41,468 nucleotides of DNA from a virus: IMG/VR virus record IMGVR_UViG_3300045988_045315. One strand, written 5' to 3'. The notes beneath the pieces are model-generated. The model did not search any database, was not told the DNA's origin, and saw nothing but the letters and a program-made list of their open reading frames with translations. The translations under genes were made by a program, and so were the position numbers. Position 1 is the stretch's first letter, and each line of letters starts with the position of its first letter. Shown in pieces: positions 7,808-15,909 of this stretch.

Positions 7808-8253
7808 TGGAGCCAATATTGTTGACCGAGCGTTACGAATATGAATATTGCGTCGCTCGTGGCTACGAGCCGTTATTGGATATTCGTAACTTTCGGTTAG
7901 ATATTCGGTTGCGGGTTGAGTTACAATGGGAATTGTTCGGGCATTGCGTTTTAGGACGTGGCGACATTCCCGTTGCCAACCAACGGTTTTTCCGGTGGGT
8001 TTGGGAGCATAAGCCACACAGATGCGAGGAAACGTTACGACCTTTGCACAATTTTTCGGCAACGTATTGTTCCCATATTTTACCCCGTGGAGCTTATCCG
8101 GAAATGGCGCATGACCCTCGGAATATCAATATACTTTGCTTTGAGATGCACAACCGTTGGGAGAATGGCGACCGTGAGAAAATGCGAATATATCCGGGTA
8201 ACGTCCGGATCATTGAATTGCTTAAAAACGAATATAGAAGTTTGAGAATATGA
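7807..8253 (+). CDS. HNH-like nuclease (tentative)
   Basis: CSHILPRGAYPEMAHDPRNINILCFEMHNRWE fits an H...N...H layout with flanking Cys. It overlaps the upstream stop (TAATG). Confidence 0.45.
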   Translation: MEPILLTERYEYEYCVARGYEPLLDIRNFRLDIRLRVELQWELFGHCVLGRGDIPVANQRFFRWVWEHKPHRCEETLRPLHNFSATYCSHILPRGAYPEMAHDPRNINILCFEMHNRWENGDREKMRIYPGNVRIIELLKNEYRSLRI

Positions 8254-8597
8254 GGACGAAAAAAAGGATAGTAGATTACGGGGCGATTTCCCGCCGCTCA
8301 ATCAAAAGTGATTTTAGACGAGTACAAACATACTCGGAAAGGGAGAAACGCCCACAAATTGAAAATCCGCCCGAAATAAATGCAGAAAGACGAGTTTTGT
8401 TTGTTGGCGAAAATTCAAGCTATTATAAACTGCGTTCTTTCATTGTTGGTAAATTGGTTCGACTGGTTCAAGAATCAAGCGTCGGCGGCTGGGTTTGCGA
8501 GTTCGTACATGACGACGACCGTAAAGCGATAAATAATGCCGCTGGGTGGTCGGACTGTAAGAAACAATATTTATTAGACTGCGTAAAATTCAAGTGA
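8250..8597 (+). CDS. Hypothetical protein (115 aa)
   Basis: ORF with overlapping start and stop relative to its neighbours. Confidence 0.7.
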   Translation: MRTKKRIVDYGAISRRSIKSDFRRVQTYSEREKRPQIENPPEINAERRVLFVGENSSYYKLRSFIVGKLVRLVQESSVGGWVCEFVHDDDRKAINNAAGWSDCKKQYLLDCVKFK

Positions 8598-8707
8598 TGA
8601 AAATAAAACCAAAAACCGGATATAAAATTGCGTTATACACGTTCGTGACGTTGACGGTTGCGTCTTATATGTGGGCGGTGTATAGTATCATTAGGTGGCT
8701 AATCTAA
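8597..8707 (+). CDS. Small membrane ORF (36 aa)
   Basis: ATGA overlap with the upstream stop. One hydrophobic segment, ALYTFVTLTVASYMWAVYSII. Below the ORF-track cutoff. Confidence 0.35.
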   Translation: MKIKPKTGYKIALYTFVTLTVASYMWAVYSIIRWLI

Positions 8708-8718
8708 AACATTAAATT

Positions 8719-9126
8719 ATGAGTGTAAACAAGGTTATTTTGATGGGGTATACCGGAAAAGACCCCGACGTCAAGACGTTTGATAATGGCGGAGTTGTCG
8801 CACAATTCACGTTGGCAACAACCAAAAGAGGATTCAAGACAAAAGACGGCAAAGAAATTCCGGAACGTACCGAGTGGCACAATATAGTATTGTCAAATGG
8901 ATTGGCGAAGATAGCCAGCCAGTGCGTTAAAAAGGGCGATAAATTATACATTGAGGGGGAATTGAGAACCCGCAGTTATGATAACAACGGCGTTAAACAT
9001 TTTATTTCCGAGGTTTACGGGTATAATATGGAGATGTTGACGCCAAGAAAAGACGGACAGAGCGTGGGACGGCAAGGAGCAGTTCCAACGCCACCAACGC
9101 CAAATCCGGATGATTTGCCATTTTGA
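8719..9126 (+). CDS. ssb: Single-stranded DNA-binding protein
   Basis: OB-fold signature NKVILMGYTGKDPD...TEWHNIV...KGDKLYIEGELRTRSY, and a C-terminal acidic tip PDDLPF. Confidence 0.9.
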   Translation: MSVNKVILMGYTGKDPDVKTFDNGGVVAQFTLATTKRGFKTKDGKEIPERTEWHNIVLSNGLAKIASQCVKKGDKLYIEGELRTRSYDNNGVKHFISEVYGYNMEMLTPRKDGQSVGRQGAVPTPPTPNPDDLPF

Positions 9127-9131
9127 AAATA

Positions 9132-9305
9132 ATGTTTGAAATTGAAATGAAAATCCCAGCGGGTTCCCGTCTGATTGGCACCAGGACAAAAGGAAATAAG
9201 GTTATTGCGGTTTGTGAGTTTATACAGCCGAAACAACCGGAGGAGCCAAGACGACCGATTGGTTATGCAGTTAGCCCGCTGGGAATTATAAAAAAAGAAA
9301 AATAA
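9132..9305 (+). CDS. Hypothetical protein (57 aa)
   Basis: First ATG of the ORF; the track start at 9123 is TTG. Confidence 0.5.
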   Translation: MFEIEMKIPAGSRLIGTRTKGNKVIAVCEFIQPKQPEEPRRPIGYAVSPLGIIKKEK

Positions 9306-9306
9306 T

Positions 9307-9816
9307 ATGCAGTACAGCAATAAGGATTACAACCCGGGAAAGCACGACCGATGGCATGCTCTGACTGTAAAGCAGCCGTACGCTAATTGCTTGGTAACGG
9401 AGGCTTACAAGGATGAAAACGGTATTGTTTACGGGGAAAAGTCAATTGAAGTTAGGAGCAAAAACACGTCATACCGTGGCGACGTGTTGATATGTTCCGC
9501 AGCGTCCCCGGCTTATCCGGGAATGGAAAGCGGCGTCACGTTGGGATTGGTCGAGTTGTACGACGTTAAGCCGATAAAAGAGTTCACGCCGGAGGATTGG
9601 GAAAACACCCGGATTCCAAAGGAAAAGAGGGCGAAAATAACAAAGGGTTTCGGATGGATGATGCGCAACCCAAGACGTGTTATTGAAATGCCGATAAAGG
9701 GGCAGTTGGGTATTTACAACTTAGTCTATACAAAGGGCGAAATACTCCAGTACTTCCGGAAAATGAAAATTGACAAAAAGGGCTGGGGACAGATAAAAAA
9801 ACAGATAGAGAAATGA
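9307..9816 (+). CDS. ASCH (PUA-like) domain protein
   Basis: ALTVKQPYANCLV...KSIEVRSKNTSYRGDVLICSA matches the ASCH N-terminal beta-barrel pattern. Confidence 0.65.
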   Translation: MQYSNKDYNPGKHDRWHALTVKQPYANCLVTEAYKDENGIVYGEKSIEVRSKNTSYRGDVLICSAASPAYPGMESGVTLGLVELYDVKPIKEFTPEDWENTRIPKEKRAKITKGFGWMMRNPRRVIEMPIKGQLGIYNLVYTKGEILQYFRKMKIDKKGWGQIKKQIEK

Positions 9817-10010
9817 AAACAATTGGATTTATTGGATGTATCGAGTTCCATTTGTATATACAAAGTCTGTGGAAGTATAAGCAGTTCTATTTGATGCCCG
9901 GAGTTATGGTTGAGGGCATAAAAGGACATGGCTTTTATTTTGAAATTAAATTTTTATGCCTTGCCGTTGGCGTCCGGCTGGTATGTATAAAAGCCCAAAA
10001 AAATCATTAA
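9813..10010 (+). CDS. Hypothetical protein (65 aa)
   Basis: ATGA overlap with the upstream gene. Hydrophobic. Confidence 0.5.
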   Translation: MKTIGFIGCIEFHLYIQSLWKYKQFYLMPGVMVEGIKGHGFYFEIKFLCLAVGVRLVCIKAQKNH

Positions 10011-10028
10011 CTTTGTGATGAATAAAAA

Positions 10029-10238
10029 ATGTTAGCAATGAAAGAAATAACAAAGATATTGCCATTGAACGAGGCGGCAAAGATACAGACAGCCGCAGGC
10101 GAATATGATTGCACAATTACAGAACTGGCGGTAATAGGCGGAGGAAAAGCGAGAATTGCAATTTCCGGGACGGAGGAAAATTTGGAATCCTTGCTTAATT
10201 CAATGGATGATGAGGATAAAGAAACCGCAACCGTTTGA
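10029..10238 (+). CDS. Hypothetical acidic protein (69 aa)
   Basis: ORF only. Confidence 0.6.
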   Translation: MLAMKEITKILPLNEAAKIQTAAGEYDCTITELAVIGGGKARIAISGTEENLESLLNSMDDEDKETATV

Positions 10239-10500
10239 ACCGGGGAGGCAATATAATCCCGGCGAACGTTCTGTTTACCGAGATTCTATTGTCGTTGCAG
10301 AAACATGGCTTACCTCAACAAAACGAATTGTTGAAAAGTTCGGAATGTCTCTGTATAGATGCGGATGTTGTGCAATCAAGGATGAGGATTGCCCGGCTGT
10401 TGGGTTGAGATGCCATTGCACCAGCCGAACAGATGGAAAGACGATATATTTTAGATTTGTACGTTTTATTAAAAATAGCAGAAATGGAAAAAAATATTGA
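10207..10500 (+). CDS. Hypothetical Cys-rich protein (97 aa)
   Basis: Only open frame covering 10239-10483. Internal ATG-ATG at 10207/10210. Contains YRCGCCAIKDEDCPAVGLRCHC. Its stop overlaps the next start. Confidence 0.45.
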   Translation: MMRIKKPQPFEPGRQYNPGERSVYRDSIVVAETWLTSTKRIVEKFGMSLYRCGCCAIKDEDCPAVGLRCHCTSRTDGKTIYFRFVRFIKNSRNGKKY

Positions 10501-11575
10501 TTTAATCAAAGGCAGATTAACCCCGTTTGATGTGGAAACAATTTTGATGATAAAGAGTGTGACCGGGCATGAACCGGAAATTACAGAAAAGGCAGAATCG
10601 TTTGAGCTGAAAATGTATGTTAAGGATAAAGACGAATATATTATAAAAGCCGCAATTGATGCGGTCATTGGTCGTTATGGATTGAGAATGCGAGCCGTTA
10701 AACATATTTGGGAACAAATGTTTTTGCGTGGGGCGACATTCTTTGTTGAGTACGAAAAAGGTGCGGAAAATTTGCCGGACGAAGTACATGCGGATAAGAG
10801 AGAGCCGAACGAGAGAGCCGGACATTTGTATTGCCGTAGATTGTTAGAAGTTAGAGCCGTTATTGTATCTCGTGATAATATTGAAAGACTGATTGATTTT
10901 ACCGGAGGCGGAACAATGGAGATACCAAGAAAGCCGGGCGGAATTGCTCAATATTCTTTCGTAACAGAAAATGGCGTTATTATGAGCGTTCCGGAAAGAT
11001 GGGCGGTTGTAAGGTTTCCGGATGGACGATTTGGGAAAATGGATTACAAAACATTTGTAGAAGAATTTGAAGAAAAGGAAGAAAACAACCCAGTATTAAG
11101 CTTTAGCGAAAAAAGGTTGTTTGCAAAAATGAATAATCTTTTCGGGAAGAACATACAACGCAGATTTTCCAAATTAACTGAGGAATACCACGAATTGTTT
11201 GTTGCTGCTGATGATATGTTGGTAAATGGGATAATACCGGACGATATGACGGAAATAATAGACGAATTGGCAGACGTGAACGCCGTTTTGTTCCATATGG
11301 CAGCATTGTTCGGGTATAGCCAAAAGGAATTGTTGGAAATGGCATACACAAAAATTGCAAGCAGAGAGAAAACCCCGGAGTTCATGCGGAAACACCCGCA
11401 CAAGGAACCGGAAAGTCCAGTTTGTGGGAATTGCAGTAACTTTGAAAATGAAGATGCGGAGGGCGGCGGATTTTGCAACGAGCAAAACAGAATGAGGCAT
11501 TGCAGTTGTATTGCGTGCAATCAATGGCAGGAAAGACAGACCGCCGAGGAATACAAACAATTTGAACAACGTTAA
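10484..11575 (+). CDS. MazG-like nucleotide pyrophosphohydrolase domain protein with unknown N-terminal half and Cys-rich C-terminus
   Basis: The region KLTEEYHELF...IIDELADVNAVLFHMAALFGYSQKELLEMAYTKIASR fits the MazG four-helix EExxE / DExxD pattern. The C-terminus is CGNCSNF...FCNE...HCSCIAC. The start is taken at the MEKNIDL ATG. Confidence 0.5.
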   Translation: MEKNIDLIKGRLTPFDVETILMIKSVTGHEPEITEKAESFELKMYVKDKDEYIIKAAIDAVIGRYGLRMRAVKHIWEQMFLRGATFFVEYEKGAENLPDEVHADKREPNERAGHLYCRRLLEVRAVIVSRDNIERLIDFTGGGTMEIPRKPGGIAQYSFVTENGVIMSVPERWAVVRFPDGRFGKMDYKTFVEEFEEKEENNPVLSFSEKRLFAKMNNLFGKNIQRRFSKLTEEYHELFVAADDMLVNGIIPDDMTEIIDELADVNAVLFHMAALFGYSQKELLEMAYTKIASREKTPEFMRKHPHKEPESPVCGNCSNFENEDAEGGGFCNEQNRMRHCSCIACNQWQERQTAEEYKQFEQR

Positions 11576-11587
11576 TACAATGAAATA

Positions 11588-11767
11588 ATGGCAAGCGTCA
11601 AGGAGTTGAAAGAAACAATTGAAAAAGCGATAATTGAATTTTCAAAGGAAAACGAAGTTGACAGTATGAACGTTCATGTTACAATACAGAAGAAAGTGAA
11701 ATGTAATATGGTAGGTTCTGTTTTGGATAGTTGGTTAGAGGCAGAAACAGAAATAAACATAAAATAA
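11588..11767 (+). CDS. Hypothetical protein (59 aa)
   Basis: Fills the gap between neighbouring genes. Below the ORF-track cutoff. Confidence 0.45.
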   Translation: MASVKELKETIEKAIIEFSKENEVDSMNVHVTIQKKVKCNMVGSVLDSWLEAETEINIK

Positions 11768-11768
11768 T

Positions 11769-12287
11769 ATGAAAAAGGATTTTATCAAAGAATTAGCCGA
11801 GTTGATTAATAAACACAGCTTGGAAAAAGAAATGAGAGATACCCCGGACTATATTTTAGCCCAAGTTTGCGTTGGTGCGATGGCGGTATTTTCGGAAGCA
11901 ATCGCCTGTCGTGATGAATGGCACGGATTCAGAAAGACAGACGAAAAGAACGCAGCGGACGCAAAAAGGGATGATTGCAATATTTGCAAAGACCGTTTCA
12001 AATGTGCCGATTACATAAGAACGCAGCCAATTTCAAGTTTGATTCAGCGTTGCAAGACCACAAAAGACAGAGAGGAAAAAGCGGCGATTGCCGGATTGCT
12101 TAAACAGATAAATGCCGATGCGTCCGTGGAGCCGGAAACGGATATTCCGGAGGCTGTGAAAGAAGTTGCCGAGATGTTGGGAAAGGTTTTGGGCGCACGT
12201 GTTGAGATACGACGCATTGAGGTACCCGAAAAGAAACGCAGAATCAGAAAGAAGCCAAGAAAGGAGGGTGGAAATGAAACCAGTTGA
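11769..12287 (+). CDS. Hypothetical protein (172 aa), basic C-terminus
   Basis: ORF only. Confidence 0.7.
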   Translation: MKKDFIKELAELINKHSLEKEMRDTPDYILAQVCVGAMAVFSEAIACRDEWHGFRKTDEKNAADAKRDDCNICKDRFKCADYIRTQPISSLIQRCKTTKDREEKAAIAGLLKQINADASVEPETDIPEAVKEVAEMLGKVLGARVEIRRIEVPEKKRRIRKKPRKEGGNETS

Positions 12288-12583
12288 AGAACAACAAAGA
12301 GTGATTGCAATGTTGGATAAGCTGAAAGAGCCAACGGCGGTTTGACAAGCAAAAAACGCCCCAGAATTTCAACTGAGGCTTTGCCGCATATAGACGGAAA
12401 GTAAAACGAGCTAAAATTAGCCCCATACAACGATGATAATTCAAAAGACGATAAAAGTATCAAGGAACAAACAAAACTCGCTCAAAACGAAAATTACCCG
12501 AAAATAACGAGCAAGGGGAAAGCGATGTTTTTGAGAGAGAAGCAAAGTAAAATGGCTTTACCATTATAAAAGGTTTGAAAAAA

Positions 12584-13267
12584 ATGGAAGCGAGTAAAAG
12601 ACAAAGGGGTAGACGCCCGAAAATGTGCAAACGTACAAAAGACCAAAGGGAGTTTGATTTGGCTTTTTGTTCAAATCTGTTTTTGCGTGGGTACACGTAT
12701 AGGGAGATTTCGGAAAGGCTGAATGAGGAAAATGCACGGCGTGGCGTGGGGTATACCATCACAAAACAAATGGTATACTGGGATATGCAACAGTTGCTAA
12801 TTGAGTGGAAACGTGAACGAATGGAAAATATAGACGATTACGTGACGCAAGAATTGCGAAAGTTGGATAAAATGGAGGTCGAATTGTGGGAGGCATGGGA
12901 ACGTTCAAAGACCGGGAAATTGAGAGAAAAAAGCAGACGAAATGCAAAGCCCCGGAAAGTGCTGGAAGATGGCGACAATCCGGAATATTATGGTTATGAG
13001 GAAGCCACCACGGAAACGTCCGCCGGAAATCCCCGATTTTTGGATTTGCTTTTAAACGTGCAGCAACGCCGGGCAAAGATGTTGGGATTTGATGCGCCGA
13101 TAAAAGTGGATATACCGGGGTTGAGTGAAAATATGAATAGCGATGCGCCGAAATATGATGTCGCCGCAATACCGGAAGATTTATTGTTTGCAGTCGCAGA
13201 CAAATTGCAATCGGCGGAGTACAAACGAGCGTTAGCAGAAAAGGGGGTAACGGATGGCGACACGTAA
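12584..13267 (+). CDS. terS: Terminase small subunit (putative)
   Basis: Sits immediately upstream of terL. It has a basic N-terminus, an HTH-like segment GYTYREISERLNEE, a coiled middle and ...QQRRAKMLGFDAP. First ATG; the track start at 12575 is TTG. Confidence 0.65.
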   Translation: MEASKRQRGRRPKMCKRTKDQREFDLAFCSNLFLRGYTYREISERLNEENARRGVGYTITKQMVYWDMQQLLIEWKRERMENIDDYVTQELRKLDKMEVELWEAWERSKTGKLREKSRRNAKPRKVLEDGDNPEYYGYEEATTETSAGNPRFLDLLLNVQQRRAKMLGFDAPIKVDIPGLSENMNSDAPKYDVAAIPEDLLFAVADKLQSAEYKRALAEKGVTDGDT

Positions 13268-13475
13268 GAAAACGGCAAGTCCGGCAAAGGAACTGGAGTA
13301 TAAGAATGAAATATGCGACAATTGCGAGTTGGCGACATGGGTAACGCATTTGCACCAGCATATAGATCACTGCGGGAAACCTATTTGTTTGACGTGTCCG
13401 AACAAAACGTATTTAATTGTACGAGGTTGTAAGGCGTGCCGATATTTTGTAAAGAGAAAGGAGAAAAAGCAATGA
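13254..13475 (+). CDS. Small Cys-rich (zinc-ribbon-like) protein
   Basis: CDNCE...HCGKPICLTC...GCKACRYF. It overlaps both the terS stop and the terL start. Confidence 0.55.
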   Translation: MATRKKTASPAKELEYKNEICDNCELATWVTHLHQHIDHCGKPICLTCPNKTYLIVRGCKACRYFVKRKEKKQ

Positions 13476-15028
13476 ATAATGAGGAATTGTTGAGAATGTA
13501 CGCCGCCATTAAAAGCAATCCGGGCGAAATAGTAAAAGAGGCGGCACGACATAGGTTGATAAACTTTGCTCGGTATATGCAACCGGATTTGACTTTGGAG
13601 CCATTCCACGTCGTCTACTATACGCTATTGGATATGTTCGCACACGGGAAAATACGAAAAATGATTGTGCAAATGCCGCCCCAGCATGGGAAAAGCGAGG
13701 GTTCAAGCCGAAAAACACCGTCTTTCATGCTGGGTTTGGACCCGGATAAAAAAATATGTATCGGTTCGTATGCGGCTACCATAGCGAGAGATTTTAACCG
13801 TGATGTTCAAAGGATAATTGATACCCCACGATACCAGGAATTGTTTCCGGAAACGTTTTTGAATGGTTCAAACGTTGTGACAATGGCTAACACTTATTTG
13901 CGAAATTCTGATGTTATAGAAATGGTTGGGCATAAGGGGTCATTGCGTGTCGTCGGTCGTGGCGGTTCTCTGACGTCAAAAACTGTTGATGTTTCCATAC
14001 TGGACGATGTTTATAAAGATTATGCCGAGGGGAACAGCCCGATTGTACGTAATGCGGCGTGGAGGTGGTACACGACCGTTGTACGCACTCGATTGCATAA
14101 TGATTCGCAGGAACTGATTGTTTTCACACGTTGGCATGACGATGATTTGATAGGACGTATCGAGAAAAGCGGAGAAACGGTTATTGATATAAGAAATTGG
14201 GACGATGTGAAGAATATCCCGGCGGGTGCATGGGTCCGGATAAATTTTGAGGGATTGAAAACCGGGGAACCAACAGAGATTGACCCGAGGGAACCAGGGG
14301 CGGCGTTGTGGGATAAACGACACAGCCGGGCGAAATTGGAGGGACAAAGAGCATTAGACCCGGTGCAGTTCCAATGCTTGTATCAAGGGAACCCCGGAAG
14401 CGCAGAGGGTAGATTGTACCGAAACCCATTCCGTACATACGTTGACAAATCAGAATGGGGAATGTATGTGCGTAGTGGAAATTATACCGATGTGGCGGAT
14501 GAGGGCGACGACTATACGTTTTCGGCGTGTTATGACGTGTACAAATCCGGTAATGAAGCATGGAACGAGCAAAAGAAAAGGTTTGAGCCAATACTGTATG
14601 CTTTAGTTACTGATATGGTTTACACGCAAGAAAACACAGATGTAACAGCCGTTACCGTCCCAGCAATGATTAACCGGAGTGGTACACAAAAAGCATGGAT
14701 TGAAAGCAATAATGGAGGTTCGGGATTTGAAAAGTTGATAAGGAAAAAGATAAAAGCGATTTCAGAACCATTTTATCAAGGTGCCAACAAGGAAAGCAGA
14801 ATTGTGACAAATTCGGCAAGCGTCAACGCCCAAATAATAATGCCATTAGACTGGGAAGAGCGTTTCCCAAAGATATACGAACACGTAACCGGATTTTTGC
14901 GAGATTTCTCGGCAAATGAACATGACGATATAGAGGACGGTTTGACCGGGATATATGAAAAGGAGATTGCAGACGGAAATATACTTCCATACGCACACGC
15001 AATCCGAGGTGTAAAAAGGCGGAACTAA
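13472..15028 (+). CDS. terL: Terminase large subunit
   Basis: Walker A-like MPPQHGKSE, Walker B-like VSILDDVYKD, and a C-terminal nuclease-sized domain. Size and position are typical. Confidence 0.85.
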   Translation: MNNEELLRMYAAIKSNPGEIVKEAARHRLINFARYMQPDLTLEPFHVVYYTLLDMFAHGKIRKMIVQMPPQHGKSEGSSRKTPSFMLGLDPDKKICIGSYAATIARDFNRDVQRIIDTPRYQELFPETFLNGSNVVTMANTYLRNSDVIEMVGHKGSLRVVGRGGSLTSKTVDVSILDDVYKDYAEGNSPIVRNAAWRWYTTVVRTRLHNDSQELIVFTRWHDDDLIGRIEKSGETVIDIRNWDDVKNIPAGAWVRINFEGLKTGEPTEIDPREPGAALWDKRHSRAKLEGQRALDPVQFQCLYQGNPGSAEGRLYRNPFRTYVDKSEWGMYVRSGNYTDVADEGDDYTFSACYDVYKSGNEAWNEQKKRFEPILYALVTDMVYTQENTDVTAVTVPAMINRSGTQKAWIESNNGGSGFEKLIRKKIKAISEPFYQGANKESRIVTNSASVNAQIIMPLDWEERFPKIYEHVTGFLRDFSANEHDDIEDGLTGIYEKEIADGNILPYAHAIRGVKRRN

Positions 15029-15078
15029 CAAAATATTTTATGATTGGAGGTGTTTTTGCTAAAAAGTGTTAATATTGT

Positions 15079-15124
15079 GCGTTTTGTTGCATATCTGACA
15101 CAAGGGCATTATCTTTGTGTCAGA
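15079..15124 (+). promoter_or_regulatory. Promoter with overlapping inverted-repeat operator (TCTGACACAA-N11-TTGTGTCAGA)
   Basis: The -7 box TATCTTTG lies at 15110-15117, with gTTG at 15086-15089 (20-nt spacer). A perfect 10-bp inverted repeat (15094-15103 / 15115-15124) straddles the -7 box. Confidence 0.55.
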
Positions 15125-15179
15125 AATAAAAACCAATAATTAACTAAACCGACCCGAGCAGGCGTTACTGTCAGAAAGA

Positions 15180-15386
15180 TTGGATTTGGTGGCTATAGAC
15201 GAGGCGAACGCAATAAACGAGGCGAAAGAACACTTTTATCTACTGCGAGAAGATGACGACTACAAAAACGCTGAAATAAAGAAAATGTACGCTATCGTAG
15301 ATTACCCGGAACCGGGAGTGACACATACACGAGGTTACTTACTTCTTGATAAAGATTGGGATGTAGAATTATTTTCGCTTTATTAA
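15180..15386 (+). CDS. Small acidic protein (68 aa, TTG start); anti-defence candidate
   Basis: The frame is open from 15144 with no in-frame ATG before codon 36. Very Asp/Glu-rich. No family recognised. Confidence 0.5.
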   Translation: MDLVAIDEANAINEAKEHFYLLREDDDYKNAEIKKMYAIVDYPEPGVTHTRGYLLLDKDWDVELFSLY

Positions 15387-15410
15387 TCTGACATAAAATT
15401 AATTGACAAA

Positions 15411-15656
15411 ATGGAATTGAATGAAACATTAAGAAACGAGCAAAACGAGACGGCACAAGTACGTATGCGCTTGTGCAAGGCGTTGAAGCGGGTAAGGACA
15501 GGTAAAGAAATGTCGCAAATGGTACTTAGCGAGAAAAGCGGCGTTGCACGGTCGAACATCGCAAGAATCGAGGGCGGAAACCTTAACACAGGGTTAGACA
15601 CAATCATTAAACTTTGTGATGCGCTTGGTTGCTCGCTTGAAGTAGTCCCCAAATAG
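15411..15656 (+). CDS. XRE-family helix-turn-helix regulator (81 aa)
   Basis: LKRVRTGKEMSQMVLSEKSGVARSNIARIEGGNLNTGLDTIIKLCDALGCSLEV is a canonical XRE HTH. Confidence 0.85.
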   Translation: MELNETLRNEQNETAQVRMRLCKALKRVRTGKEMSQMVLSEKSGVARSNIARIEGGNLNTGLDTIIKLCDALGCSLEVVPK

Positions 15657-15748
15657 CAAGACCACACCACACCGAAAGGGACTTTGGAAGAACTCACGAC
15701 CTTACTGCAATAAGGTTAGAGCGAAAAATTTATCAATTACTTTCACGG

Positions 15749-15775
15749 GGTTGCATTCTCTGCAACCTTTTTTTT
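15749..15775 (+). terminator. Intrinsic terminator
   Basis: GGTTGCA-ttctc-TGCAACC followed by T8. Confidence 0.75.
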
Positions 15776-15798
15776 GTTAAACATATCGTTGATTTTGT

Positions 15799-15838
15799 GC
15801 GTTTTAGTTTGATATGCAAAAACTTTGCATTAAATTTG
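15799..15838 (+). promoter_or_regulatory. Late (virion-module) promoter candidate
   Basis: TTTG at 15808-15811, a 19-nt spacer, then TAAATTTG at 15831-15838. It shares TTGTGCGTTTT and GCATTAnnTTTG with the promoter at 15079-15117. Confidence 0.5.
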
Positions 15839-15909
15839 CAATGAGTAATGGGGCAAAGGGTTAGCCCGTAAGGAAATAAAAAGAGTTTTAATATTAAAAA
15901 TTTAAGATT

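Noticed and set aside
10156-10206. ORF track start at 10156 for the Cys-rich ORF, or a +1 frameshift fusion of 10029..10238 with it
   Set aside because: There is no slippery sequence or other support for recoding. An internal ATG-ATG at 10207 gives a normal short gene overlap. Retained only as a low-confidence CDS.
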